A stretch of DNA of 64,000 bases, from positions 19,718,001 through 19,782,000 of the forward strand of contig CM119371.1 in the NCBI GenBank assembly GCA_051294905.1, written 5' to 3'. Each line of letters opens with the position of its first letter. The first letter of the stretch is position 1. Both the position numbers and the translations under genes were made by a program. This stretch comes from Botryllus schlosseri (lineage: Eukaryota). Positions 1 through 11,018 of this stretch are shown one piece after another. The notes beneath the pieces were generated by a model, which saw only the letters and a program-made list of their open reading frames with translations, had not been told where the DNA came from and made no database searches.

Positions 1-290
1 AATACAAGCAGCAATTACTACTAAATAAATACTAGTCCATCCTCAAGATTACCGGACCACGACCTGACCTGTCGAACTCACCTTCTATGACATGCCACTT
101 CATTTTTGTCGCTTGCTTTTCTATATTATCTTTTACTTTTCATTCAGTGTGCATGCCTATCCTCTTCACATTGCCTAGGCCAAGGTGGGTGTCTGACTCC
201 AAAGACTACTCCAAGTCGCTTCGACACCTTTCTATCTTTTCTTTGTATCGCATTTTTGCGGTGTATTTATCTGATAAAATTGCTAATAAA
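1..290 (+). mobile_element. 3' end of an L2/Crack-like non-LTR retrotransposon (last ORF2 codons + 3' UTR)
   Basis: Frame ending ...YKQQLLLNKY* at the window start, then a 3' UTR with hairpin ggtgtc...gacacc and AATAAA. Related 3' UTR copies at 13483-13531 (+) and 59885-60018 (-, with a TTGAA tail). Clade assignment is by recollection of typical ORF2 C-termini. Confidence 0.5.
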
Positions 291-1203
291 CTAGTTTCCA
301 AATTACACTGGGGCTGGGGAAACCGGAAAATCGAGTGTCTGAGTGGTTCAATTTCGAGTCGAATACGAATTGTGTCACTTTAACGTCATCAGAATAAGAC
401 TAACACGAAGAGTTCAAATATATGTCAGTCAACAGTGCGGTCCAATCACTGCTTCACAGACATGTCTTGTCTGTGAACTGAGCTTGACTGGCCAGTGGAC
501 ATGCGCAACACCGGTTTGTATAGACCAGAGGTCTCAAACTCAAATGTGCTCGCGGGCCAATTTCCTAATTTGTGATGACCCGCGGGCCGCAGCATCAATA
601 AATAGGGATATTCAATCTATAATATCCAACTAGGCCTTATTTAACGGCACCTTGCAGACAGGCATTCCATAACCACCGAGAAAATGTAATTTACTATTAT
701 ACTATTCACGCTTGGCACGAACAAATCAAATTTTCAAATATTTGAATAAAATTGTTTTTGTGCCGGGCATAATTTGTTAGAAATAATGAATTTAGACATC
801 ATGCGAGAGGACGCATGGTGATATCGTAAAAGCTGTCCGGTTGTAATATTGCAGCTATTGGTCCATTGAAATGTCGCAACTTTATGTAGAATATTTTAGA
901 ATTCACTAAATATTGATCTGATATCAGAGCATGTGAGCAGTGAAGCCTAATCGGGGTTTCTGATATGATTACCAGTGAACCCAGCCTTACAAACTCGGCC
1001 CTCGGGAACTTTTGTAATTAAGTGTATTACCAAGTATTATTATGAATTATTAAACCAATATTGTTATTATCAACAACTGATTTGTCGATCTTGTAAGGAG
1101 GTCAGGGCATGCGTAGATCACGCAGTCATTGAAATGCGATGCGTGCAGCATGTGCTGCCACATTGATTGTGGGATTACCACTGAACTCAGACCTCGGTGA
1201 ACT

Positions 1204-1525
1204 CAACCCTAATATCCCACCTCCACCAACCCTAATATCCCACCTCCACCAACCCTAATATCCCACCCCCAGCAACCCTAATATCCCACCTCCAGCAACC
1301 GTAATATCCCACCTCCACCAACCCTAATATCCCACCCCCGGCAACCCTAATATCCCACCTCCGGCAACCCTAATATCCCACCTCCCCCAACCCTAATATC
1401 CCACCTCCCCCAACCCTAATATCCCACCTCCGGCAACCCTAATATCCCACCTCCGGCAACCCTAATATCCCACCTCCACCAACCCTTATATCCCACCTCC
1501 GGCAACCCTAATATCCCACCTCCAC
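1204..1525. repeat. 23-bp minisatellite (caaccctaatatcccacctccac variants), continues at 5926-5990
   Basis: About 14 tandem units before the LTR element and about 3 after it. Confidence 0.95.
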
Positions 1526-2079
1526 TTTAACGCAGAGCGAACGTTTGTAGTTGTATAATTGTATATCTGACTCCAAGAAGGTTGCGTTTACAATTCGCTG
1601 CGTGTTTCTTCTTTCGTTCGACGGACCGGCTTACCACGCCGTACGACCTTGTTGGCTGACGTACCACCAAGCCTGTCTATTGCACACGTATTCGATGGAT
1701 CACACTGACGAATATATATTTTGTTTCCGTCTCCACGACTTGTAACTTTATTGAATGTCACGTACGGTTCAAAATGCAATATATTTTTCTCGCAATTGGC
1801 GAAGTACTTATGAATGTCTATTGACTTCCGAACCAGCTAATAATCATGAATGTATATCAACTTCCGAACCAGCTAATAATCATGAATGTATACATACACA
1901 CGTATATCTCGAAATGAACCCAACGTCGTACGATTTCCTATTTCGTTATCTACGTTCACACGACAAATTATACAACTCACAAAGGTCTTATCAAGTCTCA
2001 ATTCAGGGAATTACGTACGGTTTACCAACTCCTTATTAACCATTATTCAAATGGCGTTATACCAATATATTTCGTTAAA
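1526..2079 (-). repeat. 3' LTR
   Basis: Direct repeat of 5372-5925; internal 36-bp tandem duplication; AATAAA on minus strand at 1747-1752. Confidence 0.92.
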
Positions 2080-2080
2080 A

Positions 2081-2096
2081 GTTCCCCCTTCTTACC
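2081..2096 (-). other. Polypurine tract
   Basis: Minus strand GGTAAGAAGGGGGAAC, 1 nt before the 3' LTR. Confidence 0.8.
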
Positions 2097-3012
2097 AAAA
2101 AGAACTTGGTGTAAAAAAAACACGAATATATTGGTAAATATCTTATACCTAGGGTCATACAACATATGGACTGGGGCTAATCATAGGGACTGAAGCTAAT
2201 CCTAGGGATTGGAGACAGGAAACGATTTTATATGCAGGGGCAAAAGTAAACTAATGAAACGACATACCATCCAAGCGTGGCATTCGGAAACCCTATTTTA
2301 CATTACCACCTCGGAACGACTCGCAATATCATCGTTCCGTCCTACTGGCAACTGAAACTCAGATCAACAATAGTTAGCGTTCTAACAAAACAAAGAAATA
2401 AAATACATAATATAACCAGCACAAAAGCGTTACAACAGCGACATTAAAGGTCACTTCGCATGCACTAACAACAAATTAATGAAAATGTATAATAAAGAGC
2501 AACGAAAACTAGAAAATGCAATCCAACTCATAGACGAAACCAGTCTATATGCACTGACGAATGCCATCAACGTGTATGCAAGGTCAACACCATAATTCAT
2601 CCAGCAATCATGCTTCAAAACCCACAGAACATTCTATTCACTGTCATTCGCTTATACTACTTCTACTTTCTCATCATTACTGCTAACCCGTCCAGCGGGA
2701 AAAGCAATCATTCCTACCAAATCCGTGTTGTTCGCGCGCAACAACAGAGGGCTTATGGCAACTCAACGACAATTCTGCCGTGACCATCTCAAACATGACG
2801 CACCGTTCCGTGACCACAACCGGGCCTACACGAGACTAACATTTTGATGTTAGCATTTATTACTACAACGCATACTTCAGCAATGAGCTTCGGTGACCCC
2901 ACGTTACATTCTACGACGGGGAGTCACAACATGATGCAGCAATCCTGCATTTACATAATATATCAATGCACAAGGCACGCTTTTCACTACGCATATCTTT
3001 ATTCTACGCGAT

Positions 3013-3435
3013 TTAATGCAACACGTAATCATTCAAATGTCTTGGTCTAACAATTCGTCTCCCTCTGGACGTATACTTTGGGCTTGTCTCGTTGAGAGTT
3101 CTGCCTTCACTACATGTTTGGGTCATAGCGTTATCGTCCAAAATGGATTCATGCCCAGGATTATCGCGATCAACCTCAACAGGTAAGCTATCAGATATTC
3201 GCTCTCGAGCCGCGTCACTGATACTACCCGGACAGTCGCTACCGCTGTCATCATCACTAGACGACACTACACACGCGTCACCCGGAGTTACCGCGGAGTT
3301 TAGTACCCCTGTGTCCGCATCAACGGGCGGAAACTGCCGAACAAAGTCATCGAACATGTCTTTATCTACATCAAATGGCGGCAAAAGTAACAACGGTCTG
3401 TTTATGCAGACTACTGAAATACAAATCAACAACAT
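3013..3435 (-). pseudogene. Remnant of Gypsy Pol C-terminal tail
   Basis: Acidic/Ser-rich linker ending YTSRGRRIVRPRHLNDYV, like the TRSGRxVxxPxRLxDYV tail after Gypsy integrases; no integrase core upstream. Confidence 0.55.
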
Positions 3436-4106
3436 AAGGCGCTAAAAAAAAACACAAACATCACGTAATACCTCAAAACAGTACATACACCTTATTACGG
3501 CAACATTAAAGGATACATTACATAGGCATTCAAAAACCGATATTATTACTCGCACGCAAACTAATTAGAAAGATACTGTTATGGGTATTAAAAGGCCTAA
3601 ATTCACTTGCAATCATTTTATTCTAAATTGATACGAAACTTCCTAATTCATATCACGTAGCATTTAACATTGGCATATACCAACAGAACGAGAGTGTGCC
3701 CTATTTATTGTATTACATGCAAAGCACTGTTTGCAAATATCATGCACTACCGCGGTGCATATTTTCTCAATGATATACTCAAGATAAGGGTATCGTCGTA
3801 TGGCAGAGGCCTAATATCTCTTCATAAGGCTTGCAATATATCATCATTCATCACACATACATATCAAGCTATTCAGCTATTGGATGCATCATGGCATCGA
3901 ATAAATAGGGTAGCCTTCTTGCCACGGGTTTACCCGCACACATCTCTTATCAAAACATCATGCTATATAAGCACCTGCGTCCTACAGCTCTAGTAGCGGA
4001 GGATTTGACTCGCAGGAAATGCGACCCCTACCTGGGTTCAGAAACCAATGATTGCAAGTTACTCTACTAAACTATACTTTGTCAATATCCCAATAACAGT
4101 AACCAA

Positions 4107-4532
4107 CTAACGTCGTAGTGCAAGAAAATAAAATCGATCTACCTTACATTTTTCTACTCCGTGTGATGCATTAATCAGCGATTTCAGAGCTCTGGGGTTC
4201 ATGCCCGGAACTGCCTCGGCATAAAAGTTATTTAACTTCTGATTAATCGGAACCTCAAAACGGTCCAACAAAACTTTTGTAAGCAAATCGTAGCAATTAG
4301 GATCATGTGAGCTAGGAACACTTCCGTCAATAGCGTCGAATTGCGCGTCATTCAAGTTCCTCAGCAAAATGATATATTTAAATTTTTGCGACCGTATATT
4401 CTCGCCTTCAAGTTGACATTCTAACGTCATGAAATACCGTGCCGGGGCATTCTCGTTAAAAGGCCGATTGATGTTGATCTCGCGAGAGGTGAATCTATCC
4501 AGAGGTTCGCTGTCACTACTTTCCACTTCCAT
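4107..4532 (-). CDS. Truncated Gag N-terminal domain (DUF7041/CsRn1-type)
   Basis: ATG-initiated 141-aa ORF. RPFNENAPARYFMTLECQLEGENIRSQKFKY...NCYDLLTKVLLDRF follows the PPFWxxDPxxWFxQxExQF...KF...YDxLKxxLIxR pattern of Gypsy Gag. Its position after the PBS and 5' leader fits. Confidence 0.6.
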   Translation of the reverse strand: MEVESSDSEPLDRFTSREININRPFNENAPARYFMTLECQLEGENIRSQKFKYIILLRNLNDAQFDAIDGSVPSSHDPNCYDLLTKVLLDRFEVPINQKLNNFYAEAVPGMNPRALKSLINASHGVEKCKVDRFYFLALRR

Positions 4533-4964
4533 TTATGACAGTGAATAGCAATTGCTCATGCGAGAATTGAAAATGATTACCTTTTCGTTGCCCGTACACG
4601 CAAATGTCGCACTGCACACAGACGAAGATTCCGCAGCAAAAACAGCTCAGCTTCTAGCACGAATTATTGGCTATATCACTGAGAAAACAAAATTAAAGTA
4701 AGCCACATGGAATTTACACCGAAATACTAGAAATCTTCTACTTTTAATTTACTTATTTAATCGGAAATGGAATATTCATACCACAATACACATTTACAAC
4801 ATATCTCGATTCTCTGACATGACTCAAAGAATGAATTCTGATAATTATGCAGTTCAATACACACTCCACCGTCTCTGAAACCGAAATAAAATGCAAAGCC
4901 CTCTCCGGGAATGCTACTTCACTTCAAAATATGTTACAATCCTCCGTATCTTCTGCGCAGGCGC

Positions 4965-5320
4965 ACTTCGTTGTCAATTCTTCTTGCGAGAACGTCGCGA
5001 TGCCTTTTGTTGTCCGTCCTCGTCACTGATTGTTGATTGAACGTTCCCACCGTCGCCGTTTTGCAAGGCGAATCTTTATATTGATCGTTTCCGTGGTCCG
5101 TTGCTGTATTGCTCTTTCTCGCCGTCGTGCAAGGCGAATCTTCGATTGTCAATTCTTCTTGCGAGAACGTCGCGATGACTTTTGTTTCCGTCGTCGCTGT
5201 ATTGCTGATTGATCTTTCTCGCCGTTGTGTGAGGCAAATCTTTATATTGATCGTTCCCGTGGTCCGTTGCTGTATTGCTGTTTCTCGCCGTCATGCAAGG
5301 CGAATCTTTATATTGATTGT
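4965..5320. repeat. Imperfect modular tandem repeats in the LTR element 5' leader
   Basis: Recurring blocks gcaaggcgaatctttatattgatcgtt, ccgtggtccgttgctgtattgct and ttgtcaattcttcttgcgagaacgtcgcgatg. Confidence 0.85.
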
Positions 5321-5351
5321 CTTCGGTCGGCCGGTCGGTCTTGATTATTTG

Positions 5352-5370
5352 AACGTCGGAAGGTCAACCA
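5352..5370 (-). other. Primer-binding site, tRNA-Trp-like (imperfect)
   Basis: TGGTTGACCTTCCGACGTT versus TGGTGACCCCGACGT, the complement of the tRNA-Trp 3' end; 1 nt from the 5' LTR. Confidence 0.6.
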
Positions 5371-5371
5371 C

Positions 5372-5925
5372 TTTAACGCAGAGCGAACGTTTGTAGTTGT
5401 ATAATTGTATATCTGACTCCAAGAAGGTTGCGTTTACAATTCGCTGCGTGTTTCTTCTTTCGTTCGACGGACCGGCTTACCACGCCGTACGACCTTGTTG
5501 GCTGACGTACCACCAAGCCTGTCTATTGCACACGTATTCGATGGATCACACTTACGAATATATATTTTGTTTCCGTCTCCACGACTTGTAACTTTATTGA
5601 ATGTCACGTACGGTTCAAAATGCAATATATTTTTCTCGCAATTGGCGAAGTACTTATGAATGTCTATTGACTTCCGAACCAGCTAATAATCATGAATGTA
5701 TATCAACTTCCGAACCAGCTAATAATCATGAATGTATACATACACACGTATATCTCGAAATGAACCCAGCGTCGTACGATTTCCTATTTCGTTATCTACG
5801 TTCACACGACAAATTATACAACTCACAAAGGTCTTATCAAGTCTCAATTCAGGGAATTACGTACGGTTTACCAACTCCTTATTAACCATTATTCAAATGG
5901 CGTTATACCAATATATTTCGTTAAA
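5372..5925 (-). repeat. 5' LTR
   Basis: Direct repeat of 1526-2079 (offset 3846). Confidence 0.92.
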
Positions 5926-6639
5926 TAATATCCCACCTCCACCAACCCTAATATCCTACCTCCGCCAACCCTAATATCCCAGCTCCCAGCTTTAATTCAA
6001 AATTGTTCGGGGGCGGAATTCACCGAGGTCCATAGTATTCGAGAAACACCATGAATACCACAAAACAAACAAGTAGAGTATGTGAGCGTCGCGTTATCTC
6101 CCCCGCTTACTCAATCCGTGAATACAAAATTTCCCGAGGGCCGAGTTTCTAAGGCTGGGTTCACCGAGGGCTGGGTTCACCGGCAACCTTCTGATATACT
6201 AGTGATAAGTATAGGCTATTGTTACTGTCATTGCCAAAGTCAAATTAAGCCAGCGTTAAGTTTTCTTCGATTAATATTGGAACAGATCAATAACAACTTC
6301 ATATAATCATTATTGTTCCATAGTAATAGCATTGTTTCTTAACCGTTTTAGCGATCGTACCCCTTGTACTTTCAATTAGATTTCCAGTGACCCCTGTCGA
6401 TTTTCAGCACAATTTCTGATAATCAGACAGTCCATTCACATAAAACCGCGCGTAGCGTGAAGAATATCTTCCAGTTGAATAAATTGGCCCAGAAAATATT
6501 CCACAGCTTATAGGTCAATTTCCACAATGCATCAGGCACCCCCTATGGTGCTTTGTACCACGAAGGGGATACGGACCCCTGGTTAAGAACCCCTGGAATA
6601 GTAATGACTAATCGCGTAAGAATCCATTGGTGTTACAGC

Positions 6640-8241
6640 CAGAGTTGGATCAATTGTAATTTGTAATTGTAATTGAATGTAATTAATTACATTTTTCAAT
6701 GTAATTGTAATGTAATTGTAATTGGAGCATATTTATTTTGTGTAATTGTAATTGTAATTGTAATTTGACAAAAATTTTGCTCAATTACAATTTCAATTAC
6801 ATTAAATTGCTATTGAGACCTGACAAGCACAACATAAAACAATTGACTTATAATGCATTCTCTTACGAACGACAAGGAATTTGGTGGATCCATTCGCGAA
6901 GGCCATTGACCGCGCCCTTGCGGGCGAAGTTTATTTTTATTTTCACCGCTATGCTGGCCTCGGCTGCCATTCCATACAATTTTTAAATTACTAACCAACC
7001 GATGGATTCGCAACACGTGGCTCACGATTGAATACGCCGAGAAGCGAACTGCTGAGCCGGCTAAAAGCGGCAGAATTGATAGTCCCGTAGCTGGCGATCC
7101 AAGAGTCGAAATTTGATATGTATGGTCCTAATCGAAAGCTAGTGTCGCACTGATTCCGCAATAAAAGTATATTTCCAGGCAATGGTACCATCCCAAAATA
7201 GTTGTGAAAGTCTGGGAATCGGCATTGTTCTGAACAATCGCTATGGGCGTAACTGGTAATTGTTGTAGTCATGCTGGTGCAGCGCTCTCACTTTTCAGAA
7301 CAGTCCGCCTTAAACGGCTATTTTGGAGCAGTTACATTGCCCTGACGAGATTTTATTTTGTATTTTCGGAATTAGTACATCAATAGCTTACGATGAAGAC
7401 CAGATGCATCAAATTTGGACGCATGGATCGCCAGCTCTAGGACTATAAAGTTTGCTGGTTTTAGCCGACTTTTCAGTACGTTTGTCGGTGCATTCATCCG
7501 TGACTCACATATTGCGCATCTATCTGTGGGTTGGCAATCTACAATACGATTTCAGATCACGATGATGCATCGTTATTTCGTCTGGCTAACTAACCAGACC
7601 ACTGGATATTATATAACGTCTTATCTGACAAAGCACGGTTTTGTTTTTACTCCTCATCCTAATTCCTACGTCCCTCGATAAAAATAATATTCTTTCTTTA
7701 ATTATATACTATATACGCAAATACAACACATGCATATATTATAATACTTTTTCAACGACATACTGCACCCTATCCTTAATCCTAACCCATAGGAAATTAG
7801 GTAAATAACATTTTACATTTCCAATTACGTGAGCCATAATTACCTAGCACACAAAACACGCTTACATCACGTCACAGTGACATCTTACATAGCATACTAT
7901 GTACGCACATCAACGCAATTATTACTACACAATCTGAACTAGACTTGAATTGTTGTTAAATACGACGCTATGGTTGTCAAGGACCACGGTTGAATTTATG
8001 ACTATTCAATTACATGTTCAACAGCAGCAATTGTAATTGTAATGTAATTGATGCATGCAAGGAGTAATTGTAATTGTAATTGTAATGTAATTGATGCATA
8101 CAAGGAGTAATTGTAATTGTAATTGTAATTTGATATTTTTAGCATGTAGTAATTGTAATTGTAATGTAATTTAAACATTCATGGAAGTAATTGTAATTGT
8201 AATTGTAATTCAACTGAAATAATGTAATTGATCCAACTCTG
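6640..8241. mobile_element. Non-autonomous hAT element with (GTAATT)n subterminal arrays
   Basis: TIR cagagttggatcaatt / aattgatccaactctg; 8-bp TSD GTTACAGC (6632-6639, 8242-8249). Confidence 0.88.
6993..7535. mobile_element. Old MITE/foldback with diverged ~150-bp inverted arms
   Basis: 6993-7141 is an imperfect reverse complement of 7384-7535. Related fragments occur near 57540 and 58360. Confidence 0.6.
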
Positions 8242-9330
8242 GTTACAGCTGTGGTGCGTAGCACTACCTTACTCGCCACCGATGATAACATGGACAGAGA
8301 GAACAAACAAAATCCAGGATGTAACAAAATGTACGTCACGGGGGCCACAGAACGCCAATGGTTTCCATACAGACCTGATTCTATATACCCTACGCTACGG
8401 GCTTTTGATAAATTACTATTCCCCACGACAGCTTCCTAGATTTTTGCATCCGTAGAATTGCCAAATCACTATTCCGAGAGGCAAGTCCTTCTCTGATTTT
8501 TACGTTCGACCCTATACTCAACTCGAGTAATTTTTAGTATATCACTCAGTCAATCCAACATCGAGTAATTTGACGAAAGGTCGCACCAATTAAAATCACA
8601 ATTTTCAGCGACGAATCATCAACGGTTCATGTTTTATCATCAGGAACCTGAAATGTGACGAAATAGCGATCTTCCACCGCATGGTAGATTTTAGAAGTGA
8701 TGTGATAGTGAAGTAATTGTTTGGGTTTCCGGTTTTTGTAGTAGTTTTAGAGTGAAATTTAAGTTCCTAAATCTACAAAAAAGATATATGACACTAGAAT
8801 ATATTGTCGAATACTTGAAATTGAAAAATGCCTTCGCGGGCCGCACAAAATGTTCTCGGGGGCCGCATGCGGCCCGCGGGCCGCGTGTTTGAGACCTCTG
8901 GTATAGACGGATATTCCATTCAAGGTATATAAATTAGCAAAATGATAATCATCATTGATAAAATATATGTTGGGCATGAGGGTGTAAAGGTTAGGTACTC
9001 TAAAATCGGCTCTGACTGCTCAACTTGAATCATGAAAATTGATGCTCAGTTCGGATTTGAGTAGGCTACTATGAGTTTGTTGCGTTCCGAGATTTAACCA
9101 AAACAATAATTTCCTATTGTTAATTTATTCCCTAAAAGCTTTTAGAGTGTATCTTCAGTAATCGGATGAATCAAATTCCCAATATAGGATATAATTTGCT
9201 GTATGACCTAATATTATTAACAGAAGCAAACAAATCGTAGACACTGTATTAACGGCACACAATAAACCTTGATAAGTACTTATCTGATTATGAATGACCA
9301 GAAACAAAAACATTGTTCCATGAGTGTAGA

Positions 9331-9925
9331 GTAGGGTTATGACTAGAAAAAAATTCAAAATTTTGTGTGTCTTGTAGTCACAAACGATGAACTTTGTGTC
9401 CTGATTTCAAAATTAACAAGTTGAGACTGGTTAAACAAAACCTCTCGCACAAAAATTTTCCAGTTTTCACTGTATGAAGGATAGGCTTTTATTGTAGATA
9501 CAGATTATACAATATATATACCATTACCGACTTATTTGAATTTAACTGACACAATTCCAATTGCGAAGATTTAAAATAGAATTTTGGTAAATTGTGATTG
9601 CCCAGATTGAATTAATCCGATCGTTTTCTTGCTTACATACAATATTAAATAATTAATTATTAGTTTTTATTTTAGATGTAGACTGTATATATCGTATAAT
9701 TTCAATTTGCCTGACACAAATCCAACTGGCTGTTCGAAAAGGCGAAAGTAGAACAGCTCAACATATTTTCAGCGGTCTAGAAAACAGATTCGAGGAATTT
9801 GATGAAAATTTGAAAATGACATATCATACTTGACTCAGTATCTGGTGATACTGGGCGGCGGAATGTCGTCTTGAAACTGCAAATTGCGACGACGAGCAAG
9901 GGTTTTCATAAATCACAATACATTG
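9331..9925 (+). repeat. Dispersed repeat; uninterrupted paralog of 17980-23437
   Basis: Colinear with 17980-18124 + 18603-18827 + 23214-23437. Confidence 0.85.
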
Positions 9926-10384
9926 GTTGCCGACATAATTTTATCGATTCTTAAACATAGGCCTATGTCAGAGTTCTTCAATCCAACATCCTCCACAAAT
10001 CCAACTCTCAGCTACAAATTTGTAGATGATATGTTAAAACACTACTAAGCCATAATTTCAAGTAAAAATATTAGAAAACCGAGGATGGAGTCATGATTTT
10101 AAGTTTATCTATGTGCTGCGCAGAGCGTGCCGCTCTTTCAGAGAAAATAGTAGATTACCACTAATAGCATCAACTTCCATCTTCTACGCAATGCGAGATG
10201 GAGCTCAAGGGTATAATTCCATACTGCCAAGTCCCCAGATGGAGAGTAACTCTTGAGATATCATGCTGATTCATCGCAAATGCGTGCCAGGAAGCTTGCT
10301 ATTCTAACCAGGTGTCTATAGATGGAATATACTGTATCCCGAACTGACGATATCACACTTTTAAAGAATCATCAGTATCGGCCA

Positions 10385-10701
10385 TTGAAAGGACGTAGTT
10401 TTATTTTTGTCCTCGATATTTTTGCGGCATATACACGGACTCGTGATACACATAGCCTACACACGATCTGCACATATGCATATCATGAGTGAATGATTTG
10501 CATATGCCGCTGGACAAGGAATGGTGTAGATAATAGCCTTGTACGGCTTTCTAAGTCTTGCAACACCTCTCCATGCTATCCCAGTAATGCATGAGCGCCA
10601 AGCATTACTAATTAGGTCTTTGGTCTGACGCGGCCGGGGATCGAACCCACGACCTACCGATCAAAAAGCCGGACGCTTCACCATTACGCTATCTTGTCGG
10701 T
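10385..10701 (-). mobile_element. tRNA-derived SINE (family A)
   Basis: Minus strand A box TAGCGTAATGG and B box GGTTCGATCC, body ...cagaccaaagac..., tail ...actacgtcctttcaa. Paralog at 30595-30914. Confidence 0.8.
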
Positions 10702-11018
10702 TAAAAGCTGAAAATTATCGAGTACGAGTACAAGTAACGTCACGGATTTCTACTCGAGCACAAGTAGAATTACAAATTTCAAGACGTGCTACTACTTGAA
10801 GTATAGTAGTGCAATGTCTGAAATTACTTGAGTAGTTTGATGAAGAGCTTGAATCGTGATGGACAAAGGACAATCATTCGTGAGTATATAAAACGTTCAG
10901 AAATATCTGAAATTTTGAAATATCAAAGTCGAACAATATACAGATTAATAAAACTATAAGCTGTAGTGCCATTGCTGGGGATAAATCGCGCTGAGCGCGA
11001 AAACAATGTTCTATAAAC

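Larger units (their letters stand above)
1526..5925 (-). mobile_element. Young non-autonomous Gypsy-like (CsRn1-like) LTR retroelement, 4.4 kb
   Basis: 554-bp LTRs at 1526-2079 and 5372-5925 with only two visible substitutions. On the minus strand, a PBS-like TGGTTGACCTTCCGACGTT follows the 5' LTR and PPT GGTAAGAAGGGGGAAC precedes the 3' LTR. Gag-like and Pol-tail-like remnants inside; no RT/RNase H/integrase core. Confidence 0.9.
967..6188. mobile_element. Mutator(MULE)-like non-autonomous TIR element
   Basis: About 45-bp inverted match between 973-1016 and 6123-6166; termini gattaccagtgaaccc / gggttcaccggcaacc; 9-bp TSD TTCTGATAT (958-966, 6189-6197). Confidence 0.75.
526..8900. mobile_element. 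Non-autonomous hAT element hosting several nested insertions
   Basis: TIR cagaggtctcaaac / gtttgagacctctg, subterminal gcggcccgcgggcc motifs, perfect 8-bp TSD GTATAGAC (518-525 and 8901-8908). Confidence 0.85.

Noticed and set aside
1204..1525. CRISPR array or telomere
   Set aside because: The 23-bp units are contiguous with no unique spacers, there are no cas genes and the context is eukaryotic. Only one AACCCT per unit, so it is not a (TTAGGG)n tract.
1551..2137. Duplicated ORFs (also 5397-5974) as a gene pair
   Set aside because: They are chance frames within the two LTR copies.
2891..2905. GGTGACCCCACGT, resembling a tRNA-Trp PBS on the plus strand
   Set aside because: Not adjacent to any LTR and lacks the TGG start; probably chance.
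4934..5396. Repetitive Arg/Thr-rich ORFs
   Set aside because: Translations of the tandem leader repeats, open in several frames on both strands.
10620..10701. tRNA genes in SINE heads (also 34229-34310, 46550-46630)
   Set aside because: A and B boxes are present, but there is no proper acceptor stem and each continues into a multi-copy SINE body.
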